From Planctomycetales bacterium (GTDB lineage Bacteria > Planctomycetota > JAKEIC01), in the NCBI GenBank assembly GCA_022614695.1, contig JAKEIC010000342.1, forward strand, positions 4,012 through 68,011: a stretch of DNA of 64,000 bases. The letters are read 5' to 3'. The position numbers and the translations under genes are program-made. Of the stretch, positions 51,852 through 61,214 are shown in pieces (positions within the stretch are counted from its first letter, which is position 1; each line of letters begins with the position of its first letter). The notes under the pieces are model-generated. The model had not been told where the DNA came from, made no database searches, and was given only the letters and a program-made list of their open reading frames with translations.

Positions 51852-54232
51852 GCCACGGGCGTCGGGCCCTCCTCGGGGTGGCGGCCGCGGGGGTCCTTCC
51901 CGTCGTGGTCCTCTTCTGGGGGACCCTCGGGGAGGACACGATGGTGCACGGCCACGACGTGGCCCTGCAGCTCCACCCGCTCGGCCGGCTCGGGCGCGAG
52001 TGCTGGTCGCGCGGCGAGCCGCCCTTCTGGAATCCCTCGGTCTGGTGCGGGACCCCCTACCTCGCCCCGGCGAACCTCGGGGCGCTGGCTCCGCTCTCGC
52101 TCCTCACGGTGCCGCTCCCGCTCGAGACCGCCATCACGCTCCAGGTCGTCCTGGCCCTCTGGCTCGCCTTCTCGGGCGCGGCGCTCCTCGCCTGGTGGCG
52201 GACACGGGACCCCGTGGCCGCGGCGGTGGCCGGCTCGGTCTTCGCCTTCGGGGGCTCCGTCGTCACGCGGGTCCTTGCCGGCCACGTGACGGTCCTCGGG
52301 ACCCTCGCGGCCCTCCCGTTCCTGCTCCTCGGGGCGGAGATGCTCCTTTCAGGGGGCGGGGCCGGCGCGGCGGCGCTCGTCGCCCTCTCGACCGCCCTCC
52401 TGGTCGTAGGTGGCACTCCCCAGCTCGCGTACCTCGGGGCGCTCGTCCTCGGGGCGCGGCTCCTCGCCGGCGCCCTCGCCGCCCGCCGGCAGGGCGCCCC
52501 GTGGCCCGCGAGCGCGCGGCCGGTCGCCTGGGCCGTGCTCGGCGGCGTGCTCGGGGTCCTCCTCTCCTCCCCGCAGCTCCTCCCCGGGTTCGAGTACGCC
52601 CGCGAGTCGGTGCGCCATGAGGGTCTCGACGTCGCGAACGCCCTCTACGGCTCGGTGGGTCCGGCGCACCTCGCCTACTACCTGTTCCCGTTCGCGTCCG
52701 GGGATCCGAGCGGACTCCACGGGAATCCCATGGTCCGCGGGGCGCCGGGAGACGCGGTGAACGAGGGCCTCGTGCCCTACTGGGAGCTCTCCGGATTCGT
52801 CGGGGTGACCGCGCTCGCCCTCGCGGGGGTCGCGGTCGCGTCGCGTCGCGGGAGGTTCTGGGCGGCCCTCGCCGCGGCCGCGGTCGTGGGGAGCCTCGCC
52901 TACACGCTCCCGTTCTACCGCTGGGCCTACGAGCTCCTCCCGGGGTTCCGGCTCTTCCGGGTCCCGGGCCGGCTCCTGATCCTCGCGGGGTTCGCGCTCG
53001 CGATGGCCGCGGCGGAGGGGCTGGCGGCGCTCCGGGCCGAAGGGACGGCCGGGGACCTGGCGCGGCGACGGGCGTGGCCCGTCGCGATCGGTCTCGGAAT
53101 CGTGCTCCTCGTCGTCACCGCCCTGCTCCCCGGCGTGACCCGGGCGACGATTGGCTCGCCGCCCATCGAGGGCGAGGGGCAAGAAGACTCGCTCGCCATG
53201 GCGTGGGTCCCCGCGCTCCTCTTCGCCGCGCTGGCGCTCGGGCTCCGCAAGGCCCCCGCCGGTGCGCGCGCGGCGGTGCCGGCCCTCGCGGGGCTCCTCG
53301 TCCTCGAGCTCTTCTTCTTCGCACGACCGTTCGTCGGCCCCATCGCCCCCTCCGACACTCTCTGGGCGCCCGGCGCGCGGCAGTTCCTCGAGCGCGAGAC
53401 GGGCGGCTGGCGCGTGGACGTGGCGATGGGCCCGGCCGACTACCGCGTGCGCCCGAACGAGCCGGTCCGGAACGGCTTCCGCTCCTGCGGGGGCTACGAC
53501 CCGGCCGTGCTCCGCCGAACGATGGAGGTCTACAACCTGGCGAACGGCGAGCCGGCCGAGCGGCCGCGGTTCGTCTCCGTGATCGAGAGGATCACGCACC
53601 TGACGCCGCTCCTCTCGTGCCGGTACGTCTTCGCCCGGGCGCCGCTCTCGTCGGCGTGGCGGGAAGTCTGCTCGGCCGAGGGGCTCCGGGTGTACGAGAT
53701 GCCGGTGGCGCCGCTCCCGCGGGCGTATCTCGTCCGGCGGGCCCGGGTCGCCGAGGGGCGCGACGCGGTGCTCGCGCGGCTCTCCGACTCGTCGTTCCGG
53801 CCGGGTCTCGAGGCGGTCGTCGAGGAGGCCGGGGCCGCGCTCGACGGGCTGCCGGCCGCCGCCCCGGGGCCCGCCCGGATCGTGGAGGACCTGCCGCACC
53901 GGGTCGTGGTGGAGGCGGAGGCGGCCGTCCCGTCGCTCCTCGTCCTGCTCGATTCCTGGTACCCGGGCTGGGAGGCGACCGTGGACGGCGAGCCGGCGCC
54001 GATCCACCGCGCCGACCACGCCTTCCGGGGAGTCCGGCTCTCACCGGGGACTCACCGCGTCGAGTTCGTCTACCGATGCGCTCCGTTCCGGAGGGGGCTC
54101 GGGCTGGCGGGGCTTGGCGGCGCGGGAGTCCTCGCCCTTCTGGCGATCGCCTGGCGCGGCCGGCGGCGCTCCGGGCCACCGGGGGTCGCGGGCGCGCCCG
54201 CCCTCACGCCCGCCGCGCCACCACCTCGATGA
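51848..54232 (+). CDS. YfhO-like polytopic membrane protein
   Basis: The GTG overlaps the upstream stop (GTGA). It has many TM helices, a large C-terminal extracytoplasmic domain and a terminal TM, as in YfhO-type proteins. Confidence 0.6.
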   Translation: MSHGRRALLGVAAAGVLPVVVLFWGTLGEDTMVHGHDVALQLHPLGRLGRECWSRGEPPFWNPSVWCGTPYLAPANLGALAPLSLLTVPLPLETAITLQVVLALWLAFSGAALLAWWRTRDPVAAAVAGSVFAFGGSVVTRVLAGHVTVLGTLAALPFLLLGAEMLLSGGGAGAAALVALSTALLVVGGTPQLAYLGALVLGARLLAGALAARRQGAPWPASARPVAWAVLGGVLGVLLSSPQLLPGFEYARESVRHEGLDVANALYGSVGPAHLAYYLFPFASGDPSGLHGNPMVRGAPGDAVNEGLVPYWELSGFVGVTALALAGVAVASRRGRFWAALAAAAVVGSLAYTLPFYRWAYELLPGFRLFRVPGRLLILAGFALAMAAAEGLAALRAEGTAGDLARRRAWPVAIGLGIVLLVVTALLPGVTRATIGSPPIEGEGQEDSLAMAWVPALLFAALALGLRKAPAGARAAVPALAGLLVLELFFFARPFVGPIAPSDTLWAPGARQFLERETGGWRVDVAMGPADYRVRPNEPVRNGFRSCGGYDPAVLRRTMEVYNLANGEPAERPRFVSVIERITHLTPLLSCRYVFARAPLSSAWREVCSAEGLRVYEMPVAPLPRAYLVRRARVAEGRDAVLARLSDSSFRPGLEAVVEEAGAALDGLPAAAPGPARIVEDLPHRVVVEAEAAVPSLLVLLDSWYPGWEATVDGEPAPIHRADHAFRGVRLSPGTHRVEFVYRCAPFRRGLGLAGLGGAGVLALLAIAWRGRRRSGPPGVAGAPALTPAAPPPR

Positions 54233-55085
54233 TGTCGTAGGGGTTCACGTAGACCCGCCCGGGGAGCCCGAGGAGCCGGCCCGCCGACGCGAACGCCCGG
54301 GCGAGGCCGGGCAGGTAGAGCCGGATCCGGCGCACGAAGAGGTCGCCCGTCACGAACTTCCCGACGTAGCGCTCGCGGATCGGCCGGAGCCCGGAGCGGC
54401 GCAGCAGCCCGCGGAGGGTCCGGCGCGAGAAGTAGCTCAAGTGTTCGCCGGGGCTCTTCCACCCCATCCAGGAGGCGCCGGTCGCCCGGGCCGTGGGGGC
54501 CTCGACGTCCGGGGTCGTGAGGACGCACAGCCCCCCAGGCCGGAGCGCCGAGGCGACGCGCACGAGGGCGGCCGCCGGGTCGGCGAAGTGCTCCACCACG
54601 TCGTAGAGGACCGCCCAGTCGAACGAGGCCGGCGGGAGGGAGGCGTCCTCCAGCGGCCCCGTCCGGACGTCGAGCCCGAGCCCCTCCCGCGCGTGGCGGG
54701 CGGCGGTGTCGGAGAGCTCGATCCCCGTCCCGACGAACCCGAGTCGCCGCGCCTCGTCGAGGAAGAAGCCGTGGGCCTCGCCGACGGAGAGCACCCGGCC
54801 GGGCGGGGCGAGCCGCACGAGGTCCCGGAGACGCCTCCGGAACGTCGCGCGGATGTTCCCCTCGTCGGCGAGGTAGTCGGTGTAGCCCACCTCGCGGGAG
54901 TCGGCGCTTCGGAAGTACGCCTCGCCGTAGAAGGCGAGGAGCCCGTCGCGCGTCGGCGCCTCGGGGACGTAGAGCAGCCCGCACGCGGCGCAGCGGACGA
55001 GGGCGAGGGTCGGAAGCCGGGGGCCGGGGAGGCTCGCGGCTCCCCCGCAGGCGGGGCAGGGGCGGGCGGGGGGGGCGGCGGCCAC
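54204..55085 (-). CDS. class I SAM-dependent methyltransferase with N-terminal Cys4 ribbon
   Basis: Cys4 ribbon CPACG..CAACG. SAM motif I-like VLSVGEAHGFF. Post-I and II-like blocks are also present (DWAVLYDVVEHFADP, LRPGG). Confidence 0.8.
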   Translation of the reverse strand: MAAAPPARPCPACGGAASLPGPRLPTLALVRCAACGLLYVPEAPTRDGLLAFYGEAYFRSADSREVGYTDYLADEGNIRATFRRRLRDLVRLAPPGRVLSVGEAHGFFLDEARRLGFVGTGIELSDTAARHAREGLGLDVRTGPLEDASLPPASFDWAVLYDVVEHFADPAAALVRVASALRPGGLCVLTTPDVEAPTARATGASWMGWKSPGEHLSYFSRRTLRGLLRRSGLRPIRERYVGKFVTGDLFVRRIRLYLPGLARAFASAGRLLGLPGRVYVNPYDIIEVVARRA

Positions 55086-55095
55086 GCGGAGATTC

Positions 55096-55101
55096 TAGGA
55101 T
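55096..55101 (+). promoter_or_regulatory. TAGGAT -10-like hexamer, 6 nt before GTG 55108 (14-codon mini-ORF preceding NUDIX)
   Basis: Read directly: ttcTAGGATcgtccgGTGttg. Confidence 0.35.
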
Positions 55102-55148
55102 CGTCCGGTGTTGAACCGACCGCGAGGACGTGCGACAAGGCCCGGCCG

Positions 55149-55622
55149 GTGAGCGGGTTCCGCCTCACGACGCTCGGCTACGTCCTGCGCGGGGACTCCG
55201 TCCTGCTCATGCGCCGGACGAAGCAACCGAACCTCGGCCTCTGGACCGCGCCCGGGGGGAAGATCGCCCCGGGCGAGTCGCCCGAGGAGTGCGTGGCGCG
55301 AGAGATCGCCGAGGAGGCGGGGCTGACCGTGCGGGCGCCCCGGCTCCGGGCGGTGATCACGCAGACCGCCGACGACCCCGAGGAGCGCTGGATGCTCTTC
55401 GGCTTCCTCGCCCGCGAGTTCTCGGGGGAGCCGCCCGCGCGCTGCCGGGAGGGCGAGTTCCGCTGGGTGCCGGTCGCGGAGCTGCTCTCGGGAGCCCTCC
55501 CGATCCCGGACGCCGATCGGGTCTTCACCCCCTGGCTCTTCGAGCCGGGCGACGGCGTCGTCTCGGCGAAGTTCTGGCACCGGGCCGACCTCTCGGTCGA
55601 GAGGTGGGAGAGGTACGCGTAG
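55149..55622 (+). CDS. NUDIX hydrolase
   Basis: Nudix box: GGKIAPGESPEECVAREIAEEAGL. Confidence 0.85.
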   Translation: MSGFRLTTLGYVLRGDSVLLMRRTKQPNLGLWTAPGGKIAPGESPEECVAREIAEEAGLTVRAPRLRAVITQTADDPEERWMLFGFLAREFSGEPPARCREGEFRWVPVAELLSGALPIPDADRVFTPWLFEPGDGVVSAKFWHRADLSVERWERYA

Positions 55623-55693
55623 CCCTGGCGGCGGCCGGAGATCGCCGTGAACCATCGGGTCCCTCCACCCGTTGATCCGAATAGGGAGGAGGG

Positions 55694-57454
55694 ATGCACC
55701 GGCGGGGATTGATCGTGGTTGTGGTCGCCACCCTCGGCGCGCCGCCGATCGCCGCGGCGCCGCAAGAGACGAGTCCGAATGCGCGCGCGACACTGCGGCT
55801 CGGCGAACGGCGTTTCCTGATCGGGCAGAGCATCCCGGTCCAATACGTCCTCGAGAACACGGGCCGCCAACCATTCCAGGTCACCTTCAGCAGCGATCGG
55901 GCGTTCCGCGGGCTCCAGTTCAGCGTGAGGGCGCGCGACAGAGACGAGGTCGCGGTCCCGGACCCCGTCCGGAGTCCCGAGAGGGGCTGCACTGGTGGAC
56001 TGGAGATCACAGAGACGCTCGAACCCGGTGACCTCAGGAGCCAGTGGTTCGAGTTGAACGAATACTGCCGATTCGTGCGGGCCGGGAGGTACTCGATCAC
56101 CGTGTCGCACAACCTCGGATGGCCGCCGGGTGGCTCCTCGATCCCTCCGGCCGCCACGACGAGCGTGGAGATCGCGGTGCCGACGCCGGAGGAGGCACAG
56201 GGCATCGTCGCCGCCTGCGCGGAGTGGGACCGGGCCAATCCGGGCAGGGCAGCCGATGACTGGGAATTGTCCAGCCCGTTCTGGCGCTTGCGACACCCGG
56301 TCTACGTACCGGCTCTCGTAGGACTGTTGCGAGACCAGTTCAAGTCCGCCACCCTGGGCCTCTCAGAGATCGCGACGCCGCAAGTGACGGAGAGGCTCAC
56401 CGCCCTGCTCGAGGGCCGCGCGGGCATACCCGAGGGCACTCTCGCGGGCCGAGCGCTCGTCTTGCGACTGCCGCCCCCCCCCGAAGATCGGCGGCGGTGG
56501 CGCGCCATCCTGTCGACCTACGGACGAAACGAAGACTACCTCCGGGAGCAGGCGTGGGAGCCGCGCCTGGCGCCTGCGGTGCGCCGGCAAGCTCGCGCCT
56601 ACGTGGCGTCTGATCATCCGCTCTCTGTGGAGCTTGGCGCGTACATGTTGAGCTGTGTCGGCACGGCCGACGACCTTTGCGTAGTCCTCCGCGCGCTCGA
56701 CGCGGCCATGGCCAGACCCATGAAGCGGCGCTGCGTACCCGGATTCCTGCCCGAAACGCCGGAGGAGATTCTCGAGTTGGAGGCCGCGGCTCACGCCTTG
56801 CTTTACCGCGGAGCCCCCGTGCCCGCGGGGACGGAGACTGGCGCCGGGCTCGTCGTCCTGCTGGATCGCTGGGGACGCGACTCGGCCCGCTCAGCGGACT
56901 CGGTCACCCGGTGGTGCGCCGCCCTCCGCCACCCCCAGGCACATGTCCGGGAGCGGGCGCTGGACGCGATCCACTTCCCCGCGCCTGAGCCGCTGCTCTC
57001 GCGGGTCGCGGAGAGCGTCGGTGATCCCGACTTGCGCGTGCAGGTCGCCGCCTGCGGGGCCGTCGCCCGCCTTCGTTGGCCGGGGGCCCGCAAGGAGCTT
57101 CTCACGGCCATGCGTGCAACTTCGAACGATGCCGTCGTCAACGCGGCCGCTGGGGCGCTGGCGAACATCGACGCAGACTACGAGCCGGTGGTCGTGTGGG
57201 CGGAGCGCATCGGGGCGGCCGAGTCCAGTCACCAGGGACTCTCGCAGGTCATCAGCTTCGTCCACGGGGGTTGGCCGCGGGGCCAAGCGGTCTGGTTCGT
57301 TGTTCCCCCCGAGTTGCGCTCCACGCTCAGCCAGGGCTGGCTGCAATTCCTCACCGCCAAGGAACTCGTGCTCCGTGGTGGACGGAAGCTCCCGCTCTCA
57401 CAGATCCCCGCCGATCTGCTCCCGGGCCCCTTCGCCGCACCGTCGGCGAAGTAA
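55694..57454 (+). CDS. secreted protein with HEAT/ARM-like repeats
   Basis: GGGAGGAGGG precedes the ATG. It has a signal peptide (LIVVVVATLGAPPIAAA). The C-terminal half has HEAT-like repeats (HPQAHVRERALDAI.., DPDLRVQVAACGAVARL.., NDAVVNAAAGALANI). Confidence 0.6.
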   Translation: MHRRGLIVVVVATLGAPPIAAAPQETSPNARATLRLGERRFLIGQSIPVQYVLENTGRQPFQVTFSSDRAFRGLQFSVRARDRDEVAVPDPVRSPERGCTGGLEITETLEPGDLRSQWFELNEYCRFVRAGRYSITVSHNLGWPPGGSSIPPAATTSVEIAVPTPEEAQGIVAACAEWDRANPGRAADDWELSSPFWRLRHPVYVPALVGLLRDQFKSATLGLSEIATPQVTERLTALLEGRAGIPEGTLAGRALVLRLPPPPEDRRRWRAILSTYGRNEDYLREQAWEPRLAPAVRRQARAYVASDHPLSVELGAYMLSCVGTADDLCVVLRALDAAMARPMKRRCVPGFLPETPEEILELEAAAHALLYRGAPVPAGTETGAGLVVLLDRWGRDSARSADSVTRWCAALRHPQAHVRERALDAIHFPAPEPLLSRVAESVGDPDLRVQVAACGAVARLRWPGARKELLTAMRATSNDAVVNAAAGALANIDADYEPVVVWAERIGAAESSHQGLSQVISFVHGGWPRGQAVWFVVPPELRSTLSQGWLQFLTAKELVLRGGRKLPLSQIPADLLPGPFAAPSAK

Positions 57455-57471
57455 CCCCTCCTCGCGGCGGC

Positions 57472-57477
57472 TATCAT
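57472..57477 (+). promoter_or_regulatory. TATCAT -10-like hexamer, 7 nt before GTG 57485
   Basis: Read directly: ggcTATCATcgagcccGTG. Confidence 0.3.
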
Positions 57478-57484
57478 CGAGCCC

Positions 57485-58084
57485 GTGAGAGTCCTTGCGG
57501 CCGCGCTCGCAACGATCGTCTCCTCCCCCGGCTGCATCGCGTGGCGGTCGCACGTGGACCCTGGGGTCGCCGAGTGGCCCGAGTCGGCGCGGGCGGCCGG
57601 GAGGTCCCCCGCCCGGGCGCGGGTCTCGCTCGTGCTCCGGCGCCAGGCCCGCGGCGAGGAGGTCCCCGCGCTCGACCCCGAGCGCACGACGGCCGCAACG
57701 GAGACTCTCTCGCGGCTCCTCCTCGAGGCGAACCTCGTCTCCGAGGCGGGTCCAGGGGTCGGGTTCGCTGACCTGGTGCTGCGCGTGGTCGTGACGGAGC
57801 GCGAGAAGGGGTCCCGGACGATGGCCACCATCACCTTCGCGAGCCTCGGGCTCGTGCCCTTCTTCGGCGGCGTCGAGGTCGAGGCGGAGTGCGAGGCGAT
57901 CGGCCCGGACGGGAAGACGCTCGCCACCTACCAGGGCCGGGCCGAGGTGACGCAGGTCGCTCACCTCCTCCTGCTCGCGGCCTGGAACGCGGGCGCGCTC
58001 GCCTCCTGCTCGACGGACGCTCTCAAGAGCGTCGTCGTGCAGGTCTCCCGGGACCGGGAGAGGCTCCTCGGTCCCCCCCGCTAG
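57485..58084 (+). CDS. putative lipoprotein, hypothetical
   Basis: The N-terminus MRVLAAALATIVSSPGC is a signal peptide with a Cys. I recognised no family. Confidence 0.5.
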   Translation: MRVLAAALATIVSSPGCIAWRSHVDPGVAEWPESARAAGRSPARARVSLVLRRQARGEEVPALDPERTTAATETLSRLLLEANLVSEAGPGVGFADLVLRVVVTEREKGSRTMATITFASLGLVPFFGGVEVEAECEAIGPDGKTLATYQGRAEVTQVAHLLLLAAWNAGALASCSTDALKSVVVQVSRDRERLLGPPR

Positions 58085-61041
58085 TTCCCGCCCGCCGCCG
58101 GCTCCTCGACGAGCTTCCGGAACTTCTCCTCGCCCCGCAGCGCTTGGAGGTCTTCGTCATTCCGCATGTGGTCGCGGTCCTTGTAGCCGAGCCCCACCGC
58201 CTTCTCGAGGTTCTCCAGAGCCTCGGATCGCAGCGCCGCCGCCCGGTCGGCCGCGCAGTCCTTCTCGCAGCACTGCTTCGAGAGCGCGCAGGCGAGGTTG
58301 TAGCGCGCCCTCTGGAGCGCCTCGGTGCGGAACTCCTTCGCCCAGGGGGCGGAGGCCTTCTTCAGGTTGTCGAGGAGCCGGCCCTTTTCCCCCAGCTTGC
58401 GGAGGACTTCGCGGGCCTGGGCGGGGCCCTTCCCGCGGTCCGGCGCGGCGGCTCCCGGCTCCGCCACGACCTGCTCGATCACGATCCCGCCAGCCGGCTC
58501 GCCGGACTCGAGGTCCGCGAGGGCCTGCCGGTAGAGGGCCTCGCAATGGCCCAGGTCCCCGTCCTGGTCCAGCATCCGGTCGGCTTCTGTCAGTTGGCTC
58601 CACCCGCGCCAGAAGCGCAGCGTCCCCGGGGCCAGCGCCTCGGCCTTCGCGGCCGCGGCGCCGACCTCCATCCCCGAGAGCCACGCCTGCGCCTTCCGGC
58701 GGAAGCCCGAGTCCTCGGGGATCTCCTTCAGGAACGCGCGCAGGTCGTCGGCCACCCCCGTGAAGTTCGCCTCGTGCTGGTTCACGAGGGCCCGGTAGAA
58801 GTGCGCGACCGGCTGGTCCTTGGCGTTCTGCACCAGCCAGTCGAGCTGCTCGCGCGCGGCGGCGAGGTCCTCCGGCGTCGGCGCGCTCGGTCCCCGCGCG
58901 CCCGGGATCACGTCCGTCATGTGGACCGCGGCCGCGCCGAGCCGGATCTCGGGGGAGTCGCCCCCGAGCCGGCGCGCCTCCTCGAGGTCGCGGCGGGCCG
59001 ACTCGCGGTTCCCCCGGGCCTGGTGGACCCGCGCGCGGTGCAGAAGCCGCGCCGGGTCGCCCGGATCGAGCGCGACGAGCCGCTCCGCGTCCGCGAGCGC
59101 CTCGCGGCCGTGCCCGAGCAGCAGGTTCGCCTCGGACCGCCCCGCGAGGATCGAGTCGGGATCGGCGCCGTACTCCACCGCCCGGCCGTAGTCGGCGAGC
59201 GCCTCTTTGAAGCGCGAGCGTCCTCCGCGGACGTTCCCCTCGCCGGACTCCATGTGCCCGCGGCCGATGCGCGCGGCGGCGCGGAGCGCGTAGGCGTCGG
59301 CGAAGTAGCGGTCGGCGGCGAGGGCGCGGTCCAGCGCCTCGAGCGCGCCGTCGAAGTCCCACGCGAGGAGGAGCAGCATCGCCCGCGCGGCGAGCGCGCG
59401 CTCCTCGCGGGTGCCGAGCGCGGAGAGCCGCTCGAGGTCGGCGTGGATCGCGGCGACCTCCGGCCCCCCCTGGATCCCGCTCCCGGTCTGGCGCGTGAAC
59501 GCCCGGTCGAACCGGAGCCGCGCCCGCTCGTAGTAGGCGTCGGCGAGGTCCCGATCCTCGCGGACCGCCGCGTCGTAGTCCGAGAGCGCCCCGGTCGGGT
59601 CCCCTACCAGCGCGCGGGCCCGGGCGCGCGTCAGGAGGCACTCCGGGTACCCCGGGGCCTTCCCGAGAGCCTCGTCGGCGGCGGCGATCGCCTCGGCGAG
59701 CGCCGCGCGGGCCGCGGCGGCGTCCCCCGAGCGGCGCGCCTTCTCGGCGAAGGAGAGCCGGGCGCAGGCCCGCTCGTAGGCCGGTCGCGCCTCGCGGCGC
59801 GCTTCGGCCGAGCGCCCGGCCGCCGCGGCGTGCGCGACCTCCTCGGCGCTGGCGCTCCGGACGCGCGCCATCTCCTTCTTCGCCTTCCCCGCGGTCGTGA
59901 GCCCGGCGGCGAGCGCCAGGGAGCCGAGGAGGAGCGCGACGCCTCCTGCCACGGCGACCGGGTGACGGCGCGCGCCGCGCCACGCCCGGCCGAGGGTCCC
60001 GAGGGGCCGCGCCGAGATCGGGGCTCCCTCCAGGACCCGGTCGAGGTCGCCCGCGAGATCCTCGGCCGAGGGGTAGCGCTCGCGGAAGTCCTTCCGGAGC
60101 GCCTTCTCCACCACGGTCCCGAGGTCCGCCGGCACGTCGTTCCGGTAGTGGCGGACGGACGGCGGCTCGTCCACCTGCACCGACTTGAGGATCTCGAGCA
60201 CGGTCTCCCCCACGGCGGGGGGGCGCCCCGTGAGGCACTCGTAGAGCACGGCGCCGAGCGCGTAGACGTCGGTTGCCGGGCCGACCGCGCGGTGGTCCCC
60301 GGCCGCCTGCTCGGGGGCCATGTACTGGGGCGTCCCGATCGCGGTCCCCTCGCGGGTGAGCCCGGAGGCGCCCTCGAGGCGCGCGAGCCCGAAGTCCGTG
60401 ACCCGCGGCCGGAGCCCGGCCCCCTCGGGCTGCAGCAGGATGTTCGCCGGCTTCAGGTCCCGGTGGATGATCCCCTGGCCGTGCGCGTAGTGGATCGCCC
60501 GCGCGACGTCGCGGACGATCGCCGTCGCCCGGCGCCAGTCGAGAGTCTCCTCCCGGATCGCCTGGTCGAGCCCCCGTCCGGGGACGAACTCCATGGCGAA
60601 GTACCTGAGCCCCCCCGACTCGCCCACCTCGTGCACGGGCACGATGTTCGGGTGCGAGAGCTTCGCAGCCGCCCGCGCCTCGCGGAGGAACCTCTCCACC
60701 CGGTCGCGCGCCGGCGCGCCCCCCTCGGGTCCCTCGTGGAGCACCTTGAGCGCCACGTCGCGTTCCAGCCCGGCCTGGCGGGCCCGGTAGACGACCGCCA
60801 TCCCGCCCCGGCCGATCTCCCCCACGACCGTGTAGGCGCCTACGCGGGTCCCCACGATCAGCCCGCCGCGCGCGTGGGTCGGCCGCGGCTCGGCGGCGGC
60901 GGGGACGGGCGTCGCGGGCGTCTCCACCGTCGGCGCCTCGGCGAACGAGCAGCGGGGGCAGAGGCCCGTCCCGGAGGCGGGCGCCCCGGCTCCCCCGTCG
61001 GGGAGCGCGGCTCCGCACCGGCTGCACGTGGACGCGGCCAC
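58081..61041 (-). CDS. Ser/Thr protein kinase with N-terminal Zn-ribbon, TM and long TPR ectodomain (K3)
   Basis: GGAGGAG lies 6 nt before the GTG at 61041. Zn-ribbon CSRCG..CPRC. The kinase motifs are complete: GRGGMAVVY, VALKVL, HRDLKPANILL, DFGLAR, APEQ. A TM helix and TPRs follow. TAGACT lies at 61071-61076 on the minus strand. Confidence 0.9.
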   Translation of the reverse strand: MAASTCSRCGAALPDGGAGAPASGTGLCPRCSFAEAPTVETPATPVPAAAEPRPTHARGGLIVGTRVGAYTVVGEIGRGGMAVVYRARQAGLERDVALKVLHEGPEGGAPARDRVERFLREARAAAKLSHPNIVPVHEVGESGGLRYFAMEFVPGRGLDQAIREETLDWRRATAIVRDVARAIHYAHGQGIIHRDLKPANILLQPEGAGLRPRVTDFGLARLEGASGLTREGTAIGTPQYMAPEQAAGDHRAVGPATDVYALGAVLYECLTGRPPAVGETVLEILKSVQVDEPPSVRHYRNDVPADLGTVVEKALRKDFRERYPSAEDLAGDLDRVLEGAPISARPLGTLGRAWRGARRHPVAVAGGVALLLGSLALAAGLTTAGKAKKEMARVRSASAEEVAHAAAAGRSAEARREARPAYERACARLSFAEKARRSGDAAAARAALAEAIAAADEALGKAPGYPECLLTRARARALVGDPTGALSDYDAAVREDRDLADAYYERARLRFDRAFTRQTGSGIQGGPEVAAIHADLERLSALGTREERALAARAMLLLLAWDFDGALEALDRALAADRYFADAYALRAAARIGRGHMESGEGNVRGGRSRFKEALADYGRAVEYGADPDSILAGRSEANLLLGHGREALADAERLVALDPGDPARLLHRARVHQARGNRESARRDLEEARRLGGDSPEIRLGAAAVHMTDVIPGARGPSAPTPEDLAAAREQLDWLVQNAKDQPVAHFYRALVNQHEANFTGVADDLRAFLKEIPEDSGFRRKAQAWLSGMEVGAAAAKAEALAPGTLRFWRGWSQLTEADRMLDQDGDLGHCEALYRQALADLESGEPAGGIVIEQVVAEPGAAAPDRGKGPAQAREVLRKLGEKGRLLDNLKKASAPWAKEFRTEALQRARYNLACALSKQCCEKDCAADRAAALRSEALENLEKAVGLGYKDRDHMRNDEDLQALRGEEKFRKLVEEPAAGGN

Positions 61042-61201
61042 CCCTCACTCCTCCTCTGAATTCGCGGGGAAGTCTACCCGGGCCCAGGGTTACTGACGAC
61101 CGGACCGGGCCCTCACTCCCTGGGACGGGGCTCCTTCCGCTCCGGTTCCCCTGCCTCTTCTCGTTCCGCGGGAATGGTTTGCGTGGGGATCCGGGATTCG
61201 G

Positions 61202-61207
61202 TAGCGT
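61202..61207 (+). promoter_or_regulatory. TAGCGT -10-like hexamer, 7 nt before GTG 61215
   Basis: Read directly: cggTAGCGTccggcccGTGgcc. Confidence 0.3.
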
Positions 61208-61214
61208 CCGGCCC

